Part shown: positions 36,515-48,636 of the stretch, piece after piece
Layout: each line of letters starts with the position of its first letter
How positions within the stretch are numbered: position 1 is the stretch's first letter
Assembly (NCBI RefSeq): GCF_001194135.2
Contig: NC_068997.1
Coordinates: 43,573,042 to 43,637,041 of the forward strand
Length of the DNA: 64,000 nt
Direction of reading: 5' to 3'
Source: Octopus bimaculoides
Lineage: Eukaryota
Translations under genes and position numbers: made by a program
Notes under the pieces: generated by a model
Database searches by the model: none
What the model saw: the letters and a program-made list of their open reading frames with translations, nothing else
Told to the model about the DNA's origin: nothing

Positions 36515-37690
36515 GTGCAATACTCCATATAATTTCATATAATTTATCATATAATTTACTTCATAAACTCCTTATAATTTCATATTATTTATCATATAAT
36601 TTACTTCATAAACTCCTTATAATTTCATATTATTTATCATATAATTTACTTCATATACTCCATATAATTTCATATAATTTACTTCATATACTCCATATAA
36701 TTTCATATAATTTATCATATAATTTACTTCATAAACTCCTTATAATTTCATATAATTTATCATATAANNNNNNNNNNNNNNNNNNNNNNNNNNNNNNNNN
36801 NNNNNNNNNNNNNNNNNNNNNNNNNNNNNNNNNNNNNNNNNNNNNNNNNNNNNNNNNNNNNNNNNNNNNNNNNNNNNNNNNNNNNNNNNNNNNNNNNNNN
36901 NNNNNNNNNNNNNNNNNNNNNNNNNNNNNNNNNNNNNNNNNNNNNNNNNNNNNNNNNNNNNNNNNNNNNNNNNNNNNNNNNNNNNNNNNNNNNNNNNNNN
37001 NNNNNNNNNNNNNNNNNNNNNNNNNNNNNNNNNNNNNNNNNNNNNNNNNNNNNNNNNNNNNNNNNNNNNNNNNNNNNNNNNNNNNNNNNNNNNNNNNNNN
37101 NNNNNNNNNNNNNNNNNNNNNNNNNNNNNNNNNNNNNNNNNNNNNNNNNNNNNNNNNNNNNNNNNNNNNNNNNNNNNNNNNNNNNNNNNNNNNNNNNNNN
37201 NNNNNNNNNNNNNNNNNNNNNNNNNNNNNNNNNNNNNNNNNNNNNNNNNNNNNNNNNNNNNNNNNNNNNNNNNNNNNNNNNNNNNNNNNNNNNNNNNNNN
37301 NNNNNNNNNNNNNNNNNNNNNNNNNNNNNNNNNNNNNNNNNNNNNNNNNNNNNNNNNNNNNNNNNNNNNNNNNNNNNNNNNNNNNNNNNNNNNNNNNNNN
37401 NNNNNNNNNNNNNNNNNNNNNNNNNNNNNNNNNNNNNNNNNNATTTACTTCATATACTCCATATAATTTCATATAATTTACTTCATATACTCCATATAAT
37501 TTCATATAAGTTATCATATAATTTACTTCATATACTCCATATAATTTCATATAATTTACTTCATATACTCCATATAATTTCATATAATTTATCATATAAT
37601 TTACTTCATATACTCCATATAATTTCATATAATTTACTTCATATACTCCATATAATTTCATATAATTTATCATATAATTTACTTCATATA
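36515..37690. repeat. AT-rich minisatellite: 33-bp unit ATATAATTTACTTCATATACTCCATATAATTTC with optional 12-bp ATATAATTTATC
   Basis: Visible on both sides of the 36768-37443 gap; explains ORFs 36490 and 36729. Confidence 0.95.
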
Positions 37691-38197
37691 ATTTATCTAA
37701 ATTTGTACCATCGGCCTACATGAGTTATCCCCTCTTAGCTCTTTTTTTTTTTACGCAAATTACTGACCCAAACTCTTCATGACTTTTATTTTATATAAAG
37801 CCAGCTTTGGTAGACAATGCTAAGATTTAATAAGACTGAAACACATCTATAGCTGTCCTTTTGCAAGCAAGGATTACCTCCCCACATTCAACCTCCATAT
37901 TAAATTGTGAAATTAGTTGATTCTTAGTTTTCTGAAATTGTCCCCCTGTTTCCCTGTTGGTTGCTTGTGACCAAATACCACAATATTTTTGTCTTCTTTC
38001 TTTAACCCTTTAGTATTTAAACCAGCCATATCCAGCCAAAATATTCTAATTGTTTTAGTTTTGAAATGGCCAGATTTTGCTTTTCACACCTGCCCTACAA
38101 TGTCATTAATAAAACAACCAATCGCATCATCAAAATCATCAAGCTACAAGATAATGCATGATTAATTCAAAACAATGTGAATTTTTAAGCATTACAA

Positions 38198-38550
38198 TTA
38201 CTCTTTACTTGTTTCAGTCATTTGACTGTGGCCATGCTGGAGCACCACTTTTAGTTGAGAAAATTGACCCCTGGACTTATTCTTTGTAAGCCTAGTACTT
38301 ATTCTATCAGTTTCTTTTACTGAACCACTAAGTTACAGGGACACAAACACACCAGCATCGGTTGTCAAGCGATGCTGGGGGGACAAACACAGACGCACAA
38401 ACACACACACATACATATATATACATATATACGACAGGCTTCTTTCAGTTTCTGTCTACCAAATCCACTCACACGGCTTTGGTCGGCCCAAGGCTATAGT
38501 AGAAGACACTTGCCCAAGGTGCCACACAGTGGGACTGAACCCGGAACCGA
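38198..38550 (-). mobile_element. Young SINE family A, 5' truncated
   Basis: Reverse complement of the 35769 copy; abuts a truncated piggyBac MITE. Confidence 0.92.
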
Positions 38551-39884
38551 ATACTTCATTTATTTCAGAATTTTTTGCAGATATCTCTGAGTACATCACT
38601 CATTACTTATCTAACTTCATGCTCCTGACCCACTTGATTTATTTCCCTTTGATGATATTTCATATTTTGCTCTTTAGTATTCTGTATATCTTATTTAATG
38701 TGAATACACAGTAGAAAACCCATAAAACTGCAGTATTTGTCTCAAGACAGCATCTAATAACAAATTTTACCTAGACTACTAGCTATTTGTGATACCAGTA
38801 ATTTGTCAATCAGAGGCTAAATTTGTCTAAGCATGCAGCTGCTAGTAGATACTTGCCACTGATGATGCTGAAAGGAAGCAGAAATCTAGATTTTACAATT
38901 TCATTTACTGCTGCTAAACACCTTTCATCTGCTGCTGATATGCTTCTGTGCTTTTTAGTACTTTATGCCTATACGAGATGCTGCCTTGAGAAAAAATAAC
39001 AGTTTTGTGACTTTCAACAGTAAATCCACATTGAGTAAGATACACAGAATGCTATTTTGAACTAATATTGCTTCTGTCACTAATAACAAATAATACACTT
39101 TGGATATGCATTTCTAAAATATTTCACTTAATGTTGTTTAACTCCAGTCTCAACCAACCTATGATCAAAGTTGTCCAGATGTGACCATCCTGTATTTCTT
39201 TTGTGTTTGAGTGAGTGTTTCTAGGATCACATTATTCAATGAATCCTTTCCTTTTTAAGAATTTGACGGAGATTTGACTGCTTTCTCTTGTAGAACAACT
39301 GATTGTATAGATGCTCTTTTTAGGCTTGTTATTTTACTCATTGTTCAAAACTACCTGTTCATGAGATCAAATCTGCTCCCAGCATTTTATCACATTTTTA
39401 GAAAGAACACTATACTCTGCATTCTTTCAGCCAATTTATATCTCTCAGAAACAGACACCATGTAATTTAATAATGTTACTTATGATAGATAGGGAGCAAC
39501 CTACCTATCTAGGGGTATATTTTTATAATCACTTCATATTGTAAAACCAGAGCTAAGTACTGGCTCTCAAATGAAGGAGGAACCTATTAAACATTTATTT
39601 TTATATTCATTAATTCAAGATATAGCCCAGAGACTTTTTATCTTTCCAGCCCTGCCATCACTATATTTCTAATGAAGCATACTGCTTAAGTGTTTCAATT
39701 AATTTTGAAAATAATCAAGAATCTGGCAGGATTTAGCAAAACAGCATCGTTATTAAGTAATGGAGCATAGCATAACAAAAAGATTCTTATATATAATAAA
39801 AAGTTTCAATTTCCACAGGAACATTTTGTATTTAGTCCCTATCTCAGTGGGAGATGGGGTATCAATTAAGTTGAGTGTTCTTAA

Positions 39885-40099
39885 CCTTTTAGTATTTAAA
39901 CTGACCATATCCAGCCCAAATATTCTATCCACTTTATGTTCAAACTAGCCAGACCTGGCTTCTCACATCTAGAATGTCATTCTAAAAATAAACAGTCACA
40001 TCTTTGACATCTCAAAGCTACAAGGTAATTCATGGTGAATTTAAAAAGATGCGAATAAATAAGCATTACATTTGAAAAGCTAATCTGAATACTAAAGGG
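39885..40099 (+). mobile_element. piggyBac-type MITE family 2
   Basis: TTAA|CCTTTTAG...CTAAAGGG|TTAA. Confidence 0.8.
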
Positions 40100-40259
40100 T
40101 TAATGTTCAGTGTGATAAATTGTGGTTGTGGGGAGAACATGAACAAGCAGTGGAGAAAGAGAGAGGGGAAACTTTGTTCCTCTCACCTGGTACTACTTAC
40201 TACATTCTCCTCTCCTTCACTACTTTCTCTATCTCCTAATAGAAACCATTGAGAGGAAC

Positions 40260-40590
40260 CTGTATATTAGTTGCTTCACCTGCTAGAACTAGCAACCAAA
40301 TCTCTCAGAAACCAACCAGATGCTACCAGCTTCAATGAACTACTTACACTGAATGATGTAGTCCTACATATATCATGTCTGTGTAACAAGTGGAGTGGGG
40401 GTGCTTACATCAGGTGCAACTTTTTGGGACATCTTTAATAATTGTAAGTCAGCGTAATCAGGGTTGAACTGGTGTTAAACAACAGTAACAACCTTCACCA
40501 TTAAATACCTATGACAAATGGTCATGGCTGGAATACATTTCATTCAATATTTACCCGGTCAGGGTTGACCTGGGGTTAAACAATGCAACT
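40260..40590 (+). repeat. Recurrent SINE-like family E (degraded copies near 6960-7260, 27490-27700, 28940-29110, 32560-32745, 35540-35670, 39130-39260, 41090-41250, 49845-49970, 53860-54050, 61960-62090)
   Basis: Shared GCAGCCAAATCTCCCTCAAAT...ATGGTCATGGCTGGAAT...GACCTGGGG(C/T)TAAACAAC. Confidence 0.65.
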
Positions 40591-41545
40591 ACTACCACTA
40601 TCACCACTATCACCACCACCACCACTATCTCTTTCTCCCATATCCCACCAGGCTATGTTCCCCTATCTTTCATTGTTGCTCAGAGCCTCATTCCTTCAGC
40701 TCATTTCCAAAACATCAAAAGCCTGTTTATCTGAAGGAAAAAAAAAATTCCAGAGTACAGACCCAATAATTACCATCCCTAATATCCCCCCCCCCTACCA
40801 TCACCATTGTCCATCATCTCATCTACTGGGGTACCTCCATCTCTCTCTCTCACACACTGGAGCAGTTTAATATCCCTTAGCAATGACTTTCACTCTGATC
40901 GTTCTCCCCCCCCCTGTGTGCTTCAAGCATGACTGATAGCTGATAGTTGTCTGTCTCTCCCTTTTTCTTTCTCTCTCTCTTCTTTTTCCAACTGTGCAAG
41001 CTCTCTCAAGCATGACCTTCCACTGTAACATCTCTCCCTCTCCTCTTGTCCTCTTTAGGGACCTCTATCATACTGTCCCTGGACTTGTTTACTATAAATA
41101 GTGGCCAATCTCCCTCAAATTACACCCAACCATATTAAAAATAAGTAAATAAATAGAAAGGAAGGACACATCAGATAATGTAGTCTTAGATACACTGACG
41201 CTATATCTCAAAAGAAAAGAGTGGATGGTCACAGTAGGAATGCTTTTGAATGTTTTTCAAAGCTGATGGGATGAGCACATTTGGAATCTTACTAGATCAG
41301 AGCTGCCTTCTCCAGGTTAATCAGCAACTTCAACAGCCTCTATGAAATTGAATTTCTTGTTGCCTGAAGAATCACATTAGTCATAATTCTGTAATTACAG
41401 TAGAATGGACTATCAGCTTCTAATGAATATATATATATACCTAGAAATAGACATGGTTTGGTGATAGGAAGGGCATCTGATTATAGAAATTTCACCTCAG
41501 CAAATGCTGTCTGTCCCATGCTAGCACAGAAAAATGAGCATTAAA

Positions 41546-41596
<51 letters not shown>

Positions 41597-42104
41597 GAAG
41601 TGAAGTCATAGTTTGAAGAACCTACAAGAATAGGTGCAAGCGCTAATATTTATAAAACATGTGACATTAATAAAAACCTGTAAATGTACAACTATCCAGA
41701 TATCTGAGTGCCTTATTATTTGTTCCAATATATAATTCCTGTACATCACCTCCAAACCTTCCAATACATACATACATACATACATACATACATACATACA
41801 TACATACATACATACATACATACATACATACATACATACATACATACATACATGCATGCATGCATGCATGCATGCATGCATGCATAGGCGTGACTGTGTG
41901 GCAAAAAGCTTGTTTTCCAACTGCATGGTTGTGGGTTTGGGAGACAGAAACTGGAAAATGCCTGTTGTGTATGTGTGTGTGTGTGTGTGTGTGTGTCTTT
42001 GTGTCTGTGTTAGTCCCCCACCATTGCTTGACAACTAGTGTGTGTGTTTATGTGCCTGTAACTTAGCAGTTCAGTAAAAAGCACTGATAGAATACATACC
42101 AGGC

Positions 42105-42770
42105 CTAAATGGTTTTTTTCAATTGCATGAACTAAAAGTAGGAGGGGATAGAATAAACTACCTGCATCAACTTGCTATAAAAGCCGGTATTAATTTTACC
42201 ATGTCTTTATTCTTAGTGCAAGTTTTGAAGAGTGTAGTTCAATTTTAACAGTTATTTTTTCAAAGCTATAATAGAAGTGACAGACAAGTATATTTTGGCA
42301 TATTTTGCTTTATGAGTTCAATAAAGGCAACGATGCAACAGAAAGTGCAAGGAATATTAATGCAGTATTTGGGAATTGGACAATAAGTGTAAGCCAGTGT
42401 CAGTGATAGTTCCAGAAATTCTGAGCTGGAAACTACAGCCTAGAAGCCTCGTCCTGGAAGATCTGTAGAGCTCAACAAGGATGTCCTGCAAACTCTGGTG
42501 GAACAAAATCCTATTGTAACTGGAGGAACTAGCAGAGAAGCTTGGATTTGGTCATTCAACCATTCATGGACACCTGCATGCCATTGAAAAAGTCAGCAAA
42601 TCAATGGGTTCTTCTTTGCTGTCACATCTCACAAATGAACTTTTTTTTGGACCAAATAGTGACTGGTAATAAGAAATGGGTTCTCTATAAAATTGTCAAG
42701 CACTGAAGATAGTGGGTAGGGAAAGGAGAAATACTGGTACCCCAGGCTAAAAAAGGTCTTTGCTAAGCTA
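42105..42770 (+). mobile_element. Mariner 5' part, degraded
   Basis: HILLYEFNKGNDATESARNINAVFG; DQIVTGNKKWVLY (cf. IVTGDEKWVLY). Confidence 0.85.
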
Positions 42771-43289
42771 AGAGCACTAGATTCTTTGGAAGAAAGCAAG
42801 CCACAACAGGTGTCTTTCGACTAAGGATGAATTAAATTAAGCTGGTGTGTGTGGAAGTGAAGCAGGAACATAGGAGATGAAAGTCATGGGAAGGAATATA
42901 AGAGATACTACAGATGGTAGTGAAACCAAGAAAGAAAGGTCAGGCTTGGTTGAACACTGGTCACATGGAAGGAGAGGAGAGAGGTAGGGGTAGAAGGATT
43001 GAAGAATTAGGGAGGGACAAGAAAGAGAGAAAAAAAGGAAAGGGACAGAGTGAGATAAAGGAGGGAAAGTGATGAGAATGAAGGGAAGGCTAAGAAATGT
43101 GAGAGAGGGTGGGAGTGAGAAAACAAAAGTGGAAGGAATGAAGAAAGTGTGAAGGGGGCTAAAGGAAAGAATAAAAGAGTCCTACAGAAGTTATGTACTT
43201 ATTATTTGTTCCAATATATAATTCCTGTACATCACCTCCAAACCTTCCAATACATACATACATACATACATACATACATACATAATGCA

Positions 43290-43539
43290 TGCACAGGAGA
43301 CCAAAAGTATAAGTATATATAAAATAACAAAACAAAAAGTGGCCTGTGTTAGAATGGGGGCAGCTGATGAAGGAAAATGTTCTCTATGTGGCCTGTGTGT
43401 TTTCTGTACTCTGCTTATTATTATTTTTTTGTCTACGTTTTGTTTGCAATGTCCTGTACCCAGATATGCACCTATATACACAGGTAGATGTAGGTATGCA
43501 CATACTTGTACATATATATGCATATACTCATTTATTATT

Positions 43540-43555
<16 letters not shown>
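43290..43555 (+). mobile_element. Penelope-like terminal remnant ending in (TA)n
   Basis: GTTAGAATGGGGGCAGCTGATGAAGGAAAATG...GTCCTGTACCCAGATATGC, homologous to 2626-2960. Confidence 0.55.
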
Positions 43556-43570
<15 letters not shown>

Positions 43571-44624
43571 AGAGGCTTGTTCATTAGTATTCATGAGTTT
43601 CAACAACTGTCCCTTTCCTACTAATATATACATCTTCATGACTGTTCTTCATGCTCACATGAGTTGGCCAGAACTGCCTGGGCTCCATTTGTCTTGTTTT
43701 GGTATGGTTTCTATGGCTGGATACCCTTCCTAATGCCAACCACTTTACAAAGTGTACCGGATGCTTTTATATGCCATTCAACCATTCATGGTCATTTTAT
43801 TTGGTCATTCAACCATTCATGGACACCTGCATGCCATTGAAAAAGTCAGCAAATCAATGGGTTCTTCTTTGCTGTCACATCTCACAAATGAACTTTTTTT
43901 TGGACCAAATAGTGACTGGTAATAAGAAATGGGTTCTCTATAAAATTGTCAAGCACTGAAGATAGTGGGTAGGGAAAGGAGAAATACTGGTACCCCAGGC
44001 TAAAAAAAGGTCTTTGCTAAGAGCACTAGATTCTTTGGAAGAAAGCAAGCCACAACAGGTGTCTTTCGACTAAGGATGAATTAAATTAAGCTGGTGTGTG
44101 TGGAAGTGAAGCAGGAACATAGGAGATGAAAGTCATGTTTTTACATGGCACCAGCACCCATGACCCCACAAGACTAAGATCTCTCGGCTGAGAAAAGGAT
44201 GTAGAAGATGTGCCTGTATACATGGACAGCCACATATCTACATACATGTAAACAGTTTTATAACATATGCACACATAATCATACACATTTCCCTTTCATA
44301 AAGTTGTACTCAGTAAAGAAAATTAAATTCACTTGGTCTTTACATTCCATAAAAAACCTGAAATGCATTCTATCATAAATACTGTTTTCATTTTAATTTA
44401 ATATTTAAGAAAACATATCACCTTCTCATGTCACACTAAAATCCTTCGCATTTTTAAAACTTTTTACCAGTCATACTCTCACTAATGTAGACCACTAATA
44501 GTCTCTCAGGATTACATGAGTTCCATTTGATATACACACTATATACATATATTATATTTTGCCAAACATGGTTTGGTTAGTTTTTATGCTGAGTCACTAT
44601 AAAAACTATACATAAGGTGACGAG

Positions 44625-44830
44625 CTGGCAGAAACGTTAACACGCCAGGCGAAATGCTTAGTGGTATTTCATCTGTCTTTATGTTCTGAGTTCAAATTCC
44701 ACTGAGGTCGACTTTGTTTTTCATCTTTTCAGGGTCAATAAATTAAGTACCAATTGCATACTGGGGTTGATTTAATCGATTGGCCCCCTCCCCCAGAATT
44801 TTGGGCTTTGTGTCTAGAGTAGAAAAGAAT
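44625..44830 (+). mobile_element. Meta-like-domain tRNA SINE, best copy
   Basis: GAGCTGGCAGAAACGTTA (A box), GAGTTCAAATTCC (B box), GACTTTG..TTTCATCTTTTCAGGGTCAATAAATTAAGTACC. Confidence 0.8.
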
Positions 44831-45247
44831 GTAAAAACTGTACAAGGTTAGTGAAGCTAGCAGGTTTTCTAAAGTGATTATAGTGAAAGAGGTAAGAACA
44901 GGAGAATTATAGTAGGACATTGCTTGAAGGAAAGATTTCAAATTTTTTGTGTTAAAGGATGAAATCTTTATCATCACCTACCAAATATTTGAGTGCAAGC
45001 AAATTGCCAATATCATTGCAATATTTATTCAGGCTCCTTACGTTTTGAGTTCAAATGATGTATAAGTATCTAAGATGGTGAACTGTGGAATCATTAGTAT
45101 GTCAGTGGGATGCTTTGCTGTATCTGTTCTGGCTTTGTGCATTCTGAGTTCAAATCCAATCACGGATTACATAGATGAAAGACTTAATCCACCACCTGGT
45201 TTAACATCACTACCTAACCCTAACCCAGTCCATGGGCGCCTTTAGAG

Positions 45248-45465
45248 CAGTGGTAAAATTTGGCTGTTATAATTTCAGTGCAATAAATTGGTTATGTTTC
45301 TGCATTACACAAAATATTTTAACAATTTTTTTATACAATTCCTAATAATATTTAATTATGAAAATATAATAAGTTATTTTAATACTTCAATTGGCTATTG
45401 GAGTCCAGCAAGAGTAAAATCGGAATCAAAGTGGTCCACAGGCAAAAAATGGCTTAGAACCACTG
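45248..45465. mobile_element. hAT/Charlie-type MITE
   Basis: CAGTGGT...AGAACCACTG; flanks CTTTAGAG / CTGTAGAG (7/8; NTCTAGAN-like target). Confidence 0.65.
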
Positions 45466-48159
45466 CTGTAGAGGAATCCACTATGTTTCATGCATTTATG
45501 CCAGGTCTCCAATTTGTGAATTCTTCCCTCCCTCTCACCAGACTTAGAGGTTGAAGAGTGTTATGAGTACTGCCCTTGCCACTTGGTTAATTGATAAAAA
45601 AAAAAAAAAATGCTTAGTCATGTGGTTAAGTAGTTCAGTTTACAATTACATGATTTGGGGGTCTGGTTCCACTGTGAACCTGAAATTGTGAAAGTGAAAC
45701 TGAGGCAGTGGAAAAATGTACTGAAGTCTGGCAGATGGACTGTACTTGTTCTTCACTAGTAAACTTAAACTGCTACAACATCACCACATAAATCATTTGG
45801 GGGTGGTCTCTTGTCAGAGAATATCTACCCCCACCTCTTTCTTCTTCCTACTGGCTTCAGAGGCCCTGAACATACAGTCCTGCTCTTCCTTCTCTGGCTA
45901 AATCAGAAAACTATTTGCTACAGCCAAGCAAACTATTTCTTTTCAATCACTTGAAGCAGGATATAATGGTAGACAGAGGAGTCCTAGTCACTGGAAAATA
46001 TTAAAAAATGCTGTGAAGGTGAGAGGTAGTAGATAATTAAATCTAGTTTCATTTATAAGGCTGGATAAGAATTTGGTGGTATGGGCCCCACGTAGAAGGT
46101 AATTGAGGATTTTAGGGTGTAGCCTGACCTTCGCTGAGTAACATGCTATCTTTTGAGAAATGTTGTTTACTATTCAGATTGTAAATAATGGCGCAAGGCC
46201 AGCAATTGGAAAGCTTGGTGCTTCAACACAACAATTTTGAAATTTTGGCTTCCAAACAGTTTCATTTTTCAATTCTCTCATGCATTTACTTAGTTGATAT
46301 CATCAACTTCAGTACAACAGTCTTGTACACTATTTTATTGACCTCAGATGGCTGAAAAGCAAAGTTAACATCAGCAGGATGAACTTAGTTTGGAGATTTT
46401 GAAGTTCAATCTAGTCTTACCTGAATGAATTGCTGTTTACCTTTTGAGAAATGGTGTCTATTACCAGGACTGAAAATAATGCTATTTGTACATGTTCTTG
46501 GTTGGCAGATTTAATCAATCATTGCCACCTAGTCTGGGTCTCCAGCATTTAGATAATTTCTTTCTTTTCTTCTCTCTCTCCCTCCCACCCTCCTTCCTAC
46601 TTGTCTCAGAAGCTCTGCAACATGTTATGGTTGTTGCTATTCCTTCTCTGACAAAGTCATAAGAAAAGATTAGAAAAAACAAATACAGAATTTGACTGCT
46701 CACTTATTGTTTGTTGAGTTCCATGTCTCATCCTAACGGAGCAGATATGATGGAAGACTTTTCGGCCATAACTACTCCATCTTATTTTCAGCTATTGCAT
46801 GTGAACAAACATAAATCAACATCTACTATCTTTTTTTTTTTAAGTTGGCAGGGCATAGTTTGAAGGAAATCGAGCTACTATTTCTAGAAAGTTGAGGAAA
46901 TACATTTAGAAATTCCTTACTGGTTTGCATGGCTACCCAGTAAATTAATCTGGTAGCAAAGAAAATTTCAAGTTTCCTACAATAATTTCATTAGCGTCTG
47001 GATTAAAAGAGATAAAGTAAATGCCAGATGCTAAATTCTTACAAAATAAAAAAGAAGAGCCAAAAAAAAAAAAATTATTAAATAAAAACCATGTTGTACC
47101 TCATTTGTATGTACTTAAGAATGCATTTGTTTCCATGATGAGGAGGTATATATCAGTGGTGTACTTAAACATCATTTGTATGTACCAAAATAGAAGGCAT
47201 TATCAGAAGAGCATCAGACAAAATGTCTTGTGGTATTATTGCAGTTTCTTACATTCTGAGTTCAAATCCAGCTAAAGTCAACTTTGTCTTTCGTCCTTGC
47301 AGGATCAATAAAGTATCGGTCTGTGGTGGTGAAGTGGCAAAATCATTAGAGTGTCATACAGGATACCTTGTAGTATTTATTCTAGTTCTTTGTGTTCTGA
47401 GTCCAAATCCCACTTACTTAGATGGTGGACTTAATTTAACCTGGTTTAACCTTCAACACCATGTTCTTCAGTGCCTTTTGTGGGGGTCAAGTTTGTTGTT
47501 TGTATTTAGACCAGGTGTGCTGTTTGAGAATACCTTCACTGCGCCTTACCTTGGAAGCCCTTAACCTTTTTATTAGAATATTTCTGTCAAAATACAATAA
47601 TTTTGTTTAAATTAATTTTTTAAATAATGAAAAATTTAAGAAAATAACTTTGTCATAAACATGCTGTTTTTGGAAATAAATTAACATGAAATTTCAATAG
47701 AAGGTTTTCATTTAGTTCATTACCCATGTCAGCATGGAAGGCAGACATTAAACAATGAGGGTGACGATGAATGGTATATTAACATATTAACCCTTTAGCA
47801 ATCAGATTACTTTGACAAATTTAATGCTTATTTATTCACATTGTTTTGAAATCATCATGGTTTATCTCATAGCTTCAGGATTTCAATGATGTGATTGTAT
47901 ATTTTTAGAATAACATTTTAGGGTAGGAGTGATAAACCAGATCTGGCTAGTTTGAACAGAGGACAAGTAGAATATTTAATCTAGATAAGGCCAATTAAAA
48001 TGCTAAATGGTTCATTGATGCATTTCAGCAGCATATTACAAAATCAATTTTCTTTCTAATTTGAAATTTTCATACTGTTATATTTGGGGATGGCCATATT
48101 TATTTTTGCCGACTAATCACACGTACAATATATTTGGTCTTCACTTCTGCTTTATTATT

Positions 48160-48262
48160 ATTTTTATTTTAGCATCCTTTGTCTGAAATCTTTCATCACA
48201 CATCCTGTGACCTCTTCAGTGATGTGTGTCGAAAAATTTCAGACAAAGGACATTAAAATAAG
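48160..48262. repeat. ~45-bp-arm imperfect hairpin containing a hammerhead-like core (Penelope-type end)
   Basis: CCTTTGTCTGAAATCTTTCATCACACATC / GATGTGTGTCGAAAAATTTCAGACAAAGG. Confidence 0.7.
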
Positions 48263-48268
48263 AATAAA

Positions 48269-48636
48269 AAGAGCACTCGGAGAGTGCAAACCTTTGCCAA
48301 GGCAACACCAATATCCTCTCAACAATTAGCCAGAGATGATTTTTAAAATGAGAATATCTGAAATGAACTTGACTGCTCTCACAAACGAGAATACTAAAAA
48401 TGAACTCAACTCAAAAATTAGTAAAACAAAAACAAAAATAATCCAGGATCCTTGTCTGGTACCGGATCGATCCCAAAATCTAATCAGTTCGTGCCAGTCA
48501 TGAGGTCAAACATCTCTGAAAGTTTCATCCAAATGCATCCAGCATTTCTTGAGATATCTTGTCCACGGGCAGACAAACAAACAAACAAACACAACTAAAA
48601 ACAATACCTCTGCCTTCGTTAAGGTGGAGGTAATAA
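48269..48636 (-). mobile_element. DINE-1/HINE-like element, second copy
   Basis: Colinear with 20984-21532 minus its internal duplication; (AAAC)n; terminal hairpin. Confidence 0.55.

Noticed and set aside
36490-37673. 328-aa and 314-aa ORFs
   Set aside because: Minisatellite translation bridged by Ns
39291-39462. Open frame after a good acceptor (RTTDCIDALFRLV...)
   Set aside because: Weak donor, intron-like composition, no recognisable motif
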